Source of the DNA: Tricharina praecox
Taxonomy: Eukaryota
Assembly: GCF_024521635.1 (NCBI RefSeq)
Contig: NW_026250409.1
Span: 1,240,001 to 1,304,000 of the forward strand
Length of the DNA stretch: 64,000 bases
Direction: 5' to 3'
Under the pieces are notes generated by a model. It did no database searches, had not been told where the DNA came from, and saw nothing but the letters and a program-made list of their open reading frames with translations. Shown here piece after piece: positions 47,181 to 60,213 of the stretch (the first letter of the stretch is position 1; each line of letters starts with the position of its first letter). The translations under genes and the position numbers were made by a program.

Positions 47181-48258
47181 TGGCGGCGTCTACGCGGCGG
47201 GGCTGGCGTCGGCCTCACCATGTACGCATGTAATCGACAATTCCTCGAACACTGATGAGCTCCACGCTTCCTCTTCTTTCCACCATGGCCCACCAACAGG
47301 CCGCTATCCGTAGTGGCATCCAAGGCACTCTGAAGGGTCAGGAGGGCCTCGAGCGATCCGCTCCTGATGGCCACCATAAGCTGTACGCGCAGCTCGGACA
47401 GAATGAGGGCGTTCTCCGGGCGATAGCGTTTCTCACCGCTGGGTGCGTGGCCTCTACGGCATGGAAGGTCATTGGTCAGTCCAAGGGAGACGCCGTGCGC
47501 GTGCCAAGCGTGCAGTTGGAGGATGGCTGGGTGATTGGAGGGAATGTCGAGCGGAAATCCCAGCAGTGAAGCGGTGCCAAAGTTGGACGGAGCGGGAATG
47601 AAATCTCCTTCATTGGTGCGGGTGTTGCTATCAGGACTGAAGGAGCGGCAGTAACCTTCGACAAAGCTGTTTATAACTGTTACTCACTATGTCTGGGCAA
47701 CGGGGTCAGTGACACTTACTCTCCAACCTCGAGCTGATCCAGCCTGGCGGCCATCTCCTCAGAAATATCCTCAACTGAAGCTTGGCACCTGGAGCGAGGC
47801 CTAGAGGTGGTGGTGGCTCGAGCTTCGGCGTAGTTGTTTCTAGAAGATTGAACGGCCATAACTCCCCAGTCACTCTCCACAACCTCGAGTCGACCCAGCC
47901 TAGCAGCCAACTCCTCAGAAATGTCCTCAACCGAAGCCTGGTACCTGGAGCGAGGCCTAGAGGTGATGGTGGGAAGGGCTCCGTCGTAGTTGTATCTAGG
48001 AGAATTAACGGGCCGGACTCCCCGGTTACTCTCGTCATCCGCCTCGTATCCGTCGGCCTCATATCTATCGACCGAAATGTTACTGCCCTGGAGCATCGAG
48101 GAGGTGGCGGTGGCGGTGATGTCGTCGTAGTTGTATGTAGGAGAATCAATGAGCGTGACTTCTCCGCTACTCTCTTCGTCCGTCTCATATCCACCGACCA
48201 GACCGGGGGCGTCATAGAACATCAGTCTCTCGCCGTTGTTGCTCGGGCTGGAAGACAT
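47177..48258 (-). CDS. Orphan protein with internal 52-aa repeats; exons 48258-47720, 47666-47177
   Basis: Intron 47719-47667 (GTAAGT..GAGTAAC..CAG) joins ..LEVG-D to a stop-free exon DFVEGYCRS...GGKKRKRG...PPRRRRH*. Confidence 0.7.
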
Positions 48259-51200
48259 GGCCGAGAGACTTGTCGTGATCGTCGAGTTGTTCTTGAACGA
48301 GCTCGTGAGGCCCAAAGCTATCAGATCGAAAACGGAGAGATTTCTGAACACGGGAGAGAGAAGGAGGGGGTGAGAAGCAGTGGTAAAGTCGTGAGCGGTG
48401 AAGACCCAGAAGACCTGCGGGAGAGGAGCCGATGGGAGCTTGAAGGTGGCTGTCCATCTGAAGGTGTGTAGGGGGATAGTGGGGTGAAAGGGTTCCTGCA
48501 GTTTCGAGCCGTGTTTCCTGTTTGGGAGAGTCTGCGGCTGCCCCAATGGCCACCAAAAAGTCCCACAAGACACCAACCCGAACCATAACTGAGAGCAATA
48601 GTGAAAAGAGAGGCAATCGAGACAGTGCTTGAGAATTACGATGCTCTTCTGAGCATTTTCATACATTCATATGCCCATATTCAGTTATTCAATTGTTTGG
48701 TGAATGCTGCTCGGGCGATCTCATACATCCAGCGATGTAGGCTATCGGTTAGCCGGCAGGCCCGCAGTTACCTGAAGCAGCCAACAGTGACAGAGGTAAC
48801 AGAGCAGGAGAGCCAGACAGAGCCAAGGTTTCCCATCGCATTGCACATGTTGTTCATCTCCGAAACACCCATCCTATGTGCACGATAATTTAGCTATGTC
48901 CATGCAGTGACCGTTTCTCTCACTTCTCGCCCACTACCCTCGATTCACAATCAACCAGCGGAAGCAGGAAACATATTGCGGACCTGCGAGCAGCTCGTCA
49001 CTTCAACCAGCTATCCCGCTGAACTGTGTCCGTGAACAGTTGGTTTTGAACGGTACGGTTGTTATTGCGAATTCCGTATTCCCAGCAAGTTGCAACGGTG
49101 TTGACAAGAAAACCGGCCCAGGTTGCCGGGTCGGTAACAGAGACCTTGGGCCATACGCTCTCGGGACAATAGCTCGGCTTCGGCAGCCTGATGTCTATCG
49201 GTACGTCAGCGGGATGATCTGCTTCGCAAATGGGCATCGAACGGCTACTGGACCGCTTGGGTTTACTTACTAAGGCAGATACGAGCCCTGATATCTTCGG
49301 AACCATGCATCCAGTCTCAGGAGGCCGATGAGTGTTGTCGGGAAAGATATCAGGATGGCGGCGAGTAGAAGAACGAAATGAAACGAGAAGGAAAGACAAT
49401 CATATGTACCCCACGGCGTAGCAGCTTTGCATATGGTTGCTCCACGCTGCACGCCTTCGCTGGGCGTTGCATGGGGAATTCATGTTGCGGACTGCTGATG
49501 CCGAGTGATTCCATGTAAGTAACACTTGATCGTAATGGTTGTCTGTCCCACGCTTACACCCACGGGACCTCTGCAAGACCCTGCGGTTCTCAGGACTTTC
49601 TAACGAATAGAAGCATCGGCCGGAGCGAATGATCGCTCTGATCGAGTCGTCGGGATTTTTTCTCACGCGACAATGCCCCACCCCCGCACTCACCGGTCGA
49701 TTGGGCCTGGCCGGCGAGGTTCTGCAGCTGGCCGGCGAGTGGCAAGTTTTCCGGCTTGCGTTCCTATTCCTTCTCTCATTCTTGACCTGGTCAGGCCAAA
49801 CCAGGCATCCTGGCGATGCGAGGAGCTAACTGGTGCCCGCCGTAGTATATCATCTATTCCACATGCCATGGTAGGCATTGGAGTTAGGGGAAGACATCCG
49901 ATTCCACGGCGTGTTATCCATCGTCAGGGACGGGAAGGAAAAGGGTGGTTAACGCCATCTTTTTTTTTCTCTTCATGTCCAGCCTTGACTCAGAGTATCG
50001 GCCCGTCGGATTCGACAACGGGGCCAATTGCATGATACTCTTCCTGCATGCATCATGCAGTCAATTGGACCCCGCATGCGCCTTTACCGCACATACCGTC
50101 GATGGACTAGGCGGGCCTTCAAACGAACAAATTATCGTGGCGATTTCTGTTCAGCGAGGAAGTATGATAGGTGGCCATTCACATCCCCCCATTCCTCACG
50201 ACTATACGGTACCAATGACGGACAGACTGGCTGATCATCGTCATAGGCACTTGGATGCTCTCCGTACACGAGCATGTATGTATACCGTACATCCGCACTC
50301 CGCGATGAAGTGAAGCAAAATCTGCAATCTGCAAACTGCAGACGGGTTCTGAATCTTCACGCACTCACAATGGCAGCCCGCATAACCCTGACTCTGGCAT
50401 CCATAATATCCGGTCCACAGCAAGCTGGAAACACGTGCAGCGTCGTCATGATGCAGAGCGGGGTGCATACTACATCCTGCGGTTTGCCAGGCTCTTGGAT
50501 TCTGTTCCGGACATCTGCTGAACATTGCGACGCGGACTTGAAGCTGGCTTTTCGCTCGCGTCGACGGACTGCTGGTTCGCGTCTCGTAAGGAATCATTCA
50601 GTTACGCCGGCGGTGAGTAGAGTACACTTACACTGTACAGTGTAGACTCCAGATCAATGGCCTCGATGGGGAGTCAGGCCACCGTGTGCAGTTTGCCCTT
50701 TACTGGCCAGATCAGCCCTGAAGCAACTAGCCAAGGCGTTAGGCATCACCGTCGCCGCCGTGGGTTGTCGCTGGGGCGCGTGGGGAAGGAAGGAATGAAG
50801 AGAGGCAAAGAAGCAAAGAGGAAAAGTGTTTGCGCCCCCCATATACACCCCCATACTAAACATTGCCATCTGCCAATAGACACCCGCGAAAGCCTAAATC
50901 GATCAGCGACAGGGTTGGGTTTAATATCGCAAACCTACTGCTGTCGTTGATAGCTCGTCCATGCACGTCCCAAGAAACCCCGCACCGGCCTGCATCACAA
51001 CATCTAGATCCATGGCACGTCGGTGAAGAGCTAGAGACAGCTAACTTCTGGCGGGGGACATCGTGAGGGAATGGGTCCGGGAGGAGTGCAGTTTGATGGA
51101 ATCGTGCTTCGGTTCCTGGGCTAATGGCACTTCGTGGTTCAGCGCATGAGCATCTCTGCACCAAGGGGAGCAGAGCTGAGCATCTTCTTCTTCTTCGCCG

Positions 51201-52312
51201 TTCGGCAGCAGCTACCAATTGTCGTCGTCCGACTGGCGGGCACGAACTTGCACTTCAGCCCTCGAGCAAGCTTCCCAATGCCCATAGCTCTGGATAGGGC
51301 CCCTCCCGTGTGTTTCAAATCCAAGCATGTATAGTACTATACGATTGCCACTGGTAAACGGCTGTCACCTCGCACAATAGCGCAGTTATTCAAACAGCTT
51401 ACTGATTACATTACCATCAACCTCCTACACGGACAGAATGTGGAGTGCAGGTAATATCACGGACGTATCATCCAACATCTCTGGAGCCGGGCATCTGCAC
51501 TCGGCAGAATTGGGCCACGTCCAGAGCTCTCCCCACAAATATCAGATGAATTCGGATGGCCGGTGGATAAAACGGTGCGATGTGATAGGGCATCCTGCAA
51601 GATTTGGTGGGCGGCTGTCGGTCCCCGTTGGCTGGAGATATCGTCGCGTGTAGGCTGCGCGGCAGCCGACAGGCGCTTGCTTCATTCTATCGACGCAGAA
51701 TTGTTTCTTCTGACGTGGCGTGGCGGTTGGCTGGTTTGCCCGACCTATCTGCATGGATGCGAGTGTCCTGTACGATTGGATTTTCAACTGCTATAGACTG
51801 GGGACTGGACTGAACGGCACGGACGGTAGGCGGCGGCGCCGTACGATTCTCATTCGTCGATATCAGGAATGCGTGGGCTGCCGAAGCAGGCGTGAAGAAG
51901 AAAAGTGGGCTGCGAAGTGTATTCCGGGAGGTTTTTTTTTTGGTATACTTGCTTTTGGTATTAGAACCGCCTCTCTTCCTGGCCTGACGAAGGAACTGGA
52001 GCTGGAGGACATAAATCCATACACGTCTGCCAGTGTCCCCAATAGACTTCCTTCTTCTGCTCTGGATGCCATCAGTTGCAGCCTTTACCACTGCCAGTGT
52101 TCCCAACTTCTCCCCTACCATACCAGAGCTCCTCCCCATAGCATCATCATCACCGAAGAAAGCAAAGGATCTCCCTGTGTGTAGACCGGTACCTAACCTC
52201 TCCTCCCATCCACGGTGTGACAAGTCACGTCTCACTTCTGACGGACCTAGCTAACATGGATCCTTTCCGTCTTAAGCTACACATCACCACGTCGTGCGAC
52301 TGCAACCGCAGT

Positions 52313-54240
52313 ATGTCGACCAAGAAAATGACAAATGGAGCTGCCGTGCCGAAGGGCAAGCTTACGAACGGAGTCAATGGCGTCAACGGCAAGGTCAATG
52401 GGAACGGGAACACATCGATGTCGAGTGAGCGGGTGTCGGAGTTCCTTAGCTCCCTCATGACAACGCTTAACGAGGCGCCGGATATCCTCCCCGAGATCGA
52501 GTCGCTCGGGAAAGTTTGCCTGGAACATGAAGAGCTATCGAGGCGGATGGCGGAGAAGGAGACGGACTTTGACAAGCGGGAGAAAGAGCTGCAGGCTGTC
52601 ATCGACTCTAAGGATGCGCTGCTAAACAAGACCGGAAAGATGTGGATCGATACCATGCGGAATGATCTCTCCATGGAACACAACTCGGCAGGGAAGCTCC
52701 AGGAGAAGGAGAAGGAGATGGCCCAGATGATGGCCGCACATAAGGTCGAGCTGACCAAGCTCAAGAAGGACCTTGAGGACTCCAGGATGCGTGAACAGAA
52801 GGATGCAGGGACGAAGTTTGAGATGCTCAAGAAGGAGAGCGATCAGGCATTGTTGGCCATGAGGAAGGAGAGGGATGAGGCACTCAAGGACGTCGAGCAG
52901 TGCAAGATCAGCCTCGACCAGCTGTCGGCTAAGCTCAGCGAGGCAAAGACTTTACTTGAGGCGGAGATTCTCTACCGGAAGAAGAGCGAGGCGGAAATCG
53001 CTAAGATAACGCAAGACATCGGTGTTAAGGAGCTTACAGAGTCCGACTTGTGAGTTCACTTCATACTGCTGGCATGATTTACACACAAGCTAACACCGTC
53101 AAGTGAGAAGCAGGCGGTCGTGCTGGAATCCAAGTTCCATGCGTTGTGCAAAGACGTTTTCTACAATATTGAAATTCCTTTCAATCCCACAGATGTATAT
53201 CTCCCCACTTCACCTTACTTCCAAGGCAAGACTAACCATTCTTCCAGGAGTTCCATGATGGTCTCAAGCGCGAGCTGGTGGACTCCGGCTTCGTGTCTCG
53301 CAAAGAGGCTACTGGCGACTTCCCACTGATGCTCTCCAACACCTCTTGGTCTCGGGCCATCCTGATGTCCTTCGCCGAGAACATCATCGCCACCCAGTTG
53401 ACCGAGGGCATCTTCCGTCTGGTACCGATGCCACCGGGATCCCTAGACTCCAAGAAGACCACAGAGTATCTCGAGATGATCTCTAACAACCTTTCCGGCG
53501 ACAGTATGGACAACGAAGCCCGCTGGCGCTCCCTCTCGTGCATCGCCATGGAGAAGGACCCCGAGGCCCGCACCCAAGTCGTCGAGTCGATCCTCGATCG
53601 TCTTGCCGAGATCTTTACCCCTCTGTTCCGACGGGACCCAAGCGCCCTCGATTTACTTCTCGACCGTCTCAGCGCCTTCTTCACGGACGCCATGGATTTC
53701 TGGAGCACCGCACAACACTCCAAGCAGCGAATCGTCGCAGATATGGTCCTGGACATGGAACCGGGCGACTGCGACTACCACCCTGAGCACACCGATATCA
53801 ACGTTCCCGACGAGGAGCTCCACCTCGACGAGACCTCCGGACCACTCCCCCTCCCCCTCTTCCCCCGGTTCTCAATCCTCGACGTCGACGGCTTCCGCAC
53901 TCTCTACGACGGCAAATCCCTCCCGCCCACCGCACCCTCCGCGATCCGCAGTCGCGCAGAGTCAAAGCAATACAAGCGCACGCAGTCGGAGAAGCTGCGC
54001 GCCAGACTTGGCTCGGGCGCCAGCACAGTGTCGAGACCGCACGGTGGTCGGCGACGACAGAGTATTTCCTCCGCCGCGGCACCGAGATCTCCCACCGCTT
54101 CCACAAGAACCCCGATCATGGCACGCCCGCCAGCGTATATCGGCAGTGGTGTTTTGGGCATCGGCAGCGCGAGTGGTGCCAGTGGTGCGAGCGGCGCGAG
54201 CAGTCCGACGGGCGGTGGGAGTGTGTCGGGTGCGCAGTAA
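52313..54240 (+). CDS. Hypothetical coiled-coil protein; exons 52313-53049, 53104-53194, 53248-54240
   Basis: Introns 53050-53103 (GTGAGT..GCTAAC..AAG) and 53195-53247 (GTATAT..ACTAAC..CAG) join three ORFs in frame. E/K-rich heptad region followed by a helical domain and an S/R/G-rich tail. Confidence 0.8.
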
Positions 54241-55897
54241 TGGCTTGCGATCTCTCTCGAAATTTCTTTGCGCGTCTGCTTGTCTGCTTCGGTGCCGGTG
54301 CCGGTGCCGGTGTCTGTGTCCATCTAACTTAGCTGGTGTCTCTACTTATTCTTATTCTGATGTTCTTATGTTCTTATGTGTGTGTCTGTCTATCTTCACG
54401 GGTTTCGTTAGCTTGCGCGCATGCTTTTCTTACTGTTCATTCTTATGGCGTTTGGGCTGCGGGTTGCTTTGTTTTGCTTTGCTTTGTTCTGCTTTGTACG
54501 GTATCATACTACTATGATTTGGTATTCAGTTACACCTACGCGGTGTAGATATCTAGTCGTTTTTCATCATCGAGTTCTCAACAGGTTATCGCGTTTCGTT
54601 GCATGCGGCCATGATGGAGTTCTACTCAGTAGTCTCAGTAGTCTCAGTAGTGGTGAAACTGCAGGTCCTCCTCCCCCGCATAACCCACATAACCCACGGC
54701 CACAACGCCGTAACTAACTAAAGCGGAGGTACCCGACGCTAGGTTACGAGACAGGATTTCCCACCACCTCCAGGCTCCATCGCCGCCGTAACTATGGACC
54801 AGCTGACACCCAGAATCTGACGTATCCACATGTGAAGAGTAGGTACGGTATGCACTTTAGAGTCCAACACCCAGGCCTTCAGGCAAGTACCTATGCACAT
54901 GTGTGAATTCGCAATACTCGCTCCTCGCGAACCCTCGCGAACCCGCGCAGCGCTCTTTGTACAGTATGCACAGTAGTAGGCGCTGTTTCCGGTTCCTGCA
55001 CCAGAGCTGCGAGGTCTCCAGGCGAAGTTCGAACCCCCACGAACGGCGGGGGTCGGTGGACCGGGCGAAGTGCTAGGTAGTAGTCTACCTAGGGCAGAGT
55101 TGGTCATACATTACCGAAGTCCTCATGCTCGCGTGACACATAACCCAAGCTCCATAACTCATCAGCTCTCAAACTTGACTGGAGACTGGTTCTATGAGCG
55201 GACGTCGGACACCGATAATAAATACACGAGTTAGCCACCCTCCCCCCCTCCCTCCGCCATCCTGTTTCCTCGACTTCACAAGTTTCACGCGTGCGTGCGG
55301 AAGGCGAGTGCTTCTTAATGAATGATCTACTAGCATAATTACCCCTCATGCAAAGGTCAGACGGTAGTGGGGGAGCTTACCACACGAGCCCAGGATCATA
55401 GCTATTGGTTGGTGCCTGCAGAATAAAGCACCCATATAGAGCAATCTCTGGAATGGAACGAATAGGTATCCCGTCTACAGTCTACCATCTCACCCAATCA
55501 TCACACATCACACATCACACTCACAAATAGCAAATGAAAAGAGCAGGTAGGTATAATCCCCATTCCCCTCACGTTAAGCAGATTTCGCTTCAAGTTTTTT
55601 ACCAAGCTACAAACAATCCCCATCGAGAATCTGTCCCTCCAGCATGCACAATCCCCACCTCCAAAAAGCAACAAACACCTCCAAATCATGCATCCATGCG
55701 TGATCATTCATGCCCCAACCTTATTTCATTCAGCATTTCCATAAGCAATTCCCAATCATCAAACCGCGGCTGCCACAGTTCTCTCTACCGGACCAACTTA
55801 ATTCCAAGGCTCCCTCCCGCACCTTAATCATAATCCTCCTCCTTCCTCCACCAAAAAAAAACCCCTATACGTACCAGTATAGTATATCATGTTTCGC

Positions 55898-57709
55898 TTA
55901 GATAAACTTCCACTTCTTAGCAAAGAGGAAGCTGACGAAGCTGAACAAGAAGATGGAGCCGAGAATTCCAAAGAACCACGCAAGACTGCCGCTCTCCATT
56001 CCGGGCACGGGAACGTTCATTCCAAAGAGACCACAGACGAGGTTGAGCGGAACGAGGATTGTGGCAATGGTCGTGATCTTTCCCAAGACCTCGTTGGCAC
56101 GGTTGTTGGCCTGGATCGAGTCCACCGACAGCTGTGCGAGGTAGTTGGCGTGCGAGCGCGACAGCATCTTCTCGAAATGGGACAGATTGCCCATCATGGT
56201 GAGGATGTGGTCTTGGATGTCACCGAGGTACAAGCCAATCTCGCCCCTAGGCGTGATCTGGTACTGCTCGTTGCATCGCTTGGCAAAGCCTTTGATGACG
56301 TCGGCCTTTCCACCCAGCAGTCTCATCCCCGCCATGGTTCTCTTCCTGCAGTCACCGATCCGCTTGAGAAGCGTGGTATAATCGTCGTCTCTGGCAGTAA
56401 AGACCGCGTCCTCTATCGAATCCGAATCCTTCTCGATATCCGTGATCAAAGGAGCGAACGAATCGACAATGTCGTCGATCAGGGCGTAACAGATCCAGTC
56501 AGCGCTGAGCGCGACATAGTCACGCAGCTGCCTGATGCGCCTCCTAACGTTGGCGGTGTGGTTCGACTGCTCGAAGTGGAACGAGAGTACCCCTTCACGG
56601 AAGACGATGAGGTAAATGTTGATGGGCTCCATATAGTCCTCCGAATCCTTGTTCTGGACAAACGAGCGGAAACAGACGAAGTAGTAGTTCTTGAATAGCT
56701 CCACCTTCTCGCGGGTCTCTTGAACGCGGATATCCTCAGCAGTCAGAGGGTGAATGCCGAAGGCCTTCATGAGCATGCCAAGCTCCTCCATGGTCGGGTT
56801 GAGGGAGTCCAACCACCATACACTACCCTCGCGGAACAGGTCCTGGAAGCTCTCGCCGTCCAGCAAAAGCTCGCCGATCTCGGGTGCATGGATGGTAGCG
56901 TCCATCTCCGACGAGAAGAAGCTGAACCTGTCGGGCTGGCTAACTCGTAAGAGCCGCCGTGGTTCTTGAGTGGTTCCAACCTTCTCGTTGATGACGGAAC
57001 CCGAATCGTCCCCAGCGCGCTCTTGAGCTTTAGTGTTCTGCTGCCCAGGATAGTAACGGTCCTTGAATGATCCGGCGGTGCTCATCTTCCTCTGGCGCTG
57101 ACTAGGTCGTCCACGGTTCTGCATAGCAACAAAATCATCCATATCCTCAAAGTCAATGGTGGCAGCACCGCGAGTATTCTCCTCCGGAGGAAAGCACACA
57201 TCCTCTTCAGGCTTCGGCGCGGTGACATCCGCATCGGAGTCGTGCTCGTTGTGCTCGACAAAAGTCGGGCGACGGGAGTTGGTGCGCTGCAAGCACAACC
57301 GAAGATCGCTAGGCGCCATACTGGTCACAGTTCCAGCACGGTCTCTCATCCTTCGATGGTCTGGATCCGCGAACGCATCGACCGAATTGGGAGGTGAGGG
57401 AGAGCGCGAAGAAACCCTGGAAGGAAACCGAATGGATCGGGCACTACGTGCAGTCGATCCTCTGCGCTCGATACCGATGGCGTGGTCGATACCGTGAAAC
57501 CCCGGGGTCAGCATGTCGGGATCGTCGTACACGGCATACTCGTTGTCTCGGGAGCGCGGGCGCGCACCGTCGACCACGAATGCGGGGCGAAGGTGAGAGG
57601 TCGCGGTGTTGTTACGGGGGAGCGAGTGTGGCTGGAATCGATGGTCGTCGAGTTCATTGGCCGGGCGCGACGCCGGGAACGACGGGGATTCGGTACGAGG
57701 GGTGTCCAT
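55898..57709 (-). CDS. ALR1: CorA-family magnesium transporter, Alr1-like
   Basis: FGIHPLTAEDIRVQETREKVELF, ANVRRRIRQLRDY, YLGDIQDH and the GLFGMN signature with two C-terminal TM helices. An alternative in-frame ATG lies at 57766. Confidence 0.92.
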   Translation of the reverse strand: MDTPRTESPSFPASRPANELDDHRFQPHSLPRNNTATSHLRPAFVVDGARPRSRDNEYAVYDDPDMLTPGFHGIDHAIGIERRGSTARSARSIRFPSRVSSRSPSPPNSVDAFADPDHRRMRDRAGTVTSMAPSDLRLCLQRTNSRRPTFVEHNEHDSDADVTAPKPEEDVCFPPEENTRGAATIDFEDMDDFVAMQNRGRPSQRQRKMSTAGSFKDRYYPGQQNTKAQERAGDDSGSVINEKVGTTQEPRRLLRVSQPDRFSFFSSEMDATIHAPEIGELLLDGESFQDLFREGSVWWLDSLNPTMEELGMLMKAFGIHPLTAEDIRVQETREKVELFKNYYFVCFRSFVQNKDSEDYMEPINIYLIVFREGVLSFHFEQSNHTANVRRRIRQLRDYVALSADWICYALIDDIVDSFAPLITDIEKDSDSIEDAVFTARDDDYTTLLKRIGDCRKRTMAGMRLLGGKADVIKGFAKRCNEQYQITPRGEIGLYLGDIQDHILTMMGNLSHFEKMLSRSHANYLAQLSVDSIQANNRANEVLGKITTIATILVPLNLVCGLFGMNVPVPGMESGSLAWFFGILGSIFLFSFVSFLFAKKWKFI

Positions 57710-59753
57710 CTCGAAAAAAAAATGACTGATTATTGATATGAAACTGGCAAGAAGCAGTGGATGCAATCCGGTTTTCGTAACCTAGACAAGGGTAACTTCA
57801 CAAGCTATCAGCAACTGCGACTCAGAACAGTATCACAGAGAAGTATGGCCAGTCTTACACGATAGAGACAAACACACACTCTCTCTTCAACTTCTTCTAG
57901 CCTCCAGTGAGCCGCTCACGCGCTCACTTCACTGAACGCGTACAACGTGATTGTAGACTGGCGGGGTTGGCAATGACCCCAGGGACTTCAACTTATGTCG
58001 AAGAAAAGTATCCAGAGTTGCCGCTGGACGAAGATTCGACGAAAACAAGAGGAACCAAAAACTGTTGGACCGTAGAGCAGGTATTACCGATAGGGATGTA
58101 ACGAATCACTTCCTCGGGGTTGGACCGAGTGAAGCAGCGAGAAACGATGGGTATATAACGCGATGCGAGGTGTAGGATTTCCGTAGGGTCAGTTATGGCG
58201 GCTTCTTAGAAGCTCCGAAGACCCAGGAGTTTGGACCAAGGAGTGGACGAGCGTGGGAAAACTTCAGGCCGTTATGTCCCGCCAACTTGCTGATCTCTGA
58301 GGAGTAAAGGCGCCGAGGCGTCGGTGGGCAATCCAGCGCAAAGACGGCGAGGAGAACGAGGAGGAGGAGGAGCTGTGGGGTGGAGTGGAGTGGGGAGATA
58401 AGGTTCGTGGGATGGAAATTTTCAGTCGAATAGTCTCGAGAGTCGCTAGTACCGAGAAGACGATGCTGCAGATGTTCAGGAGAGCTAGATAGTCAATGCG
58501 AAGCCGTTATCATTGGGTTTCTGTGACATTATCAGTACTTTTTCTTCTTTTCGATTTTTGTGGTGATTTATTTGTGGCGGAAGTTCGTAATTAGGGGCAA
58601 AGGAGGGGGAGCCTGTAGCGGGAAAACGCACGTAATTCAAACGCAAGAATGAATTCTGTTGGACAGCGAGGATGGTTTCTGGATAACCTGAGCGGTGAGG
58701 ACTGTCTCGAGAGTTGGTGAGTCTGAAGTTGTTTGTTGTTGGGTTGAAGTTTAGGTGGTTGGAAGTAGGACTGGAGGGCTGGTTTGTATTTGTAGAGAGG
58801 AAGATGACGAGGATGAGGAGTGAGGAAGGGGAAGGATCAAAGATCCAAGAAAAGAAAGGAAAGTGGGTAAGGGGGAGTGCGGTCAGCCGGATCGGGCTAG
58901 AAACTTTCCAGACTGGGCCACCATGCTCCCGTTCGGCTATAGTCGAGTCGAATAGTTTCTGGGGACTTTCTGTGCGGGTTTTTTATTTTTTATTTTACAC
59001 GATTCTTGAGCATGGATTTATGCGCCCGCCACCAGAGCAAAGAAGTGAGAAGAGAGAGAAGCATAGGCGACTGCCGGGTAGCCCCACAGCTTATTTCGAG
59101 CGCTCCGACTCTATGCAGTTCCTACTTCCGAGCCCTCGACCGCCGATGGACGCGCGGATGGTCCCGCCTCTGTTCGGCCTCGCGAGTCGCTACGGCTACC
59201 GCCGAAGACCAGATACCTAAGCCCATGACAATCGTGCCCGTAGAAGTTAGAATGCTCTGCGTATTTCTCGAGCTCTCTCGAGCTCCGAAGAGATCGATCT
59301 TTGGTGCCACTAGTATCTAGGTATTCCGCAAAAGACATCCGGCTGGCCCTACAGTCCACACGGTAATGTTTCTCCCCTGTCGATCATGATATCAGCGTGT
59401 TTTTCTTTCCTGATTTTTCTTTCTGTAACCTCCGTTGGATGCCATCTATTTTCGTGGCGGTTACATAATCTCGAAGGGGAAAAAAAAGAAGCAAAAGGTT
59501 AATCGCTCATGCGTCTCCAATCAAAATCATCTGGCTCAGTCAACCAGTCAGTCGGCGCCGAGCACAGATGTCAGTTGTGGTTGTGAAACGCGACGCAGGA
59601 CACCCAGAAAGAACACCTCACCTCAGCTAGCAAAGAGAGCTATCTCCGTCGCGGGTACCTTCTTCTGTCAACCACCACCACCAACCAACCACACAAACAC
59701 CACCACCACCACCACCACCACCTCACATCTCCAAACGCATTCACGACACCACA

Positions 59754-60213
59754 ATGAATGCAATCCAGTCCGCTGTAGATGGCTTCATCGTGCGTCCCCC
59801 TAACTCGCGTCGCGCCGCTGCCTCGCTAACAAACAATACCAGGACTTCGAGGTCAGCCCACCACCCACCCCACTCATCCGCTCGAGCACTCCACTCGACC
59901 TCCGCCGTCACCGCCGCTAACTCCCACACAGGGTCAACGCCTCGCCGAGCTCCTGACCACCGTCCTACTAGTAGCATCCGGTGTTCGTCTTCCCAACCCA
60001 CTCCCTCTCCTTCACCAACCTAACACCGCGCAACAGATTGTCGCCTGGATCGTCGGCTTTGTTCTCGGAGACCTCAAATTCACCGTCTACGTCGGCCTCG
60101 CGGGTACGGCGTTGACGTTCCTCACCGTTGTGCCACCGTGGCCTTTCTACAACAAGCACCCTCAGCGCTGGTTGCCGGCGGGAACTACGGAGGTCGAGAA
60201 GAAGGCGAAATAA
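59754..60213 (+). CDS. SPC1: Signal peptidase complex subunit Spc1/SPC12; exons 59754-59789, 59843-59851, 59932-59982, 60037-60213
   Basis: Spliced 90-aa product MNAIQSAVDGFI|DFE|GQRLAELL...VVPPWPFYNKHPQRWLP; three GT..CTAAC..CAG introns. Confidence 0.9.

Noticed and set aside
48998..49693. Cluster of 60-130 aa ORFs
   Set aside because: No recognisable motif, codon bias or consistent splice structure.
55020..55050. GTTCGAAC T-loop-like word suggesting a tRNA
   Set aside because: No T-stem, acceptor stem or D-arm can be paired on either strand.
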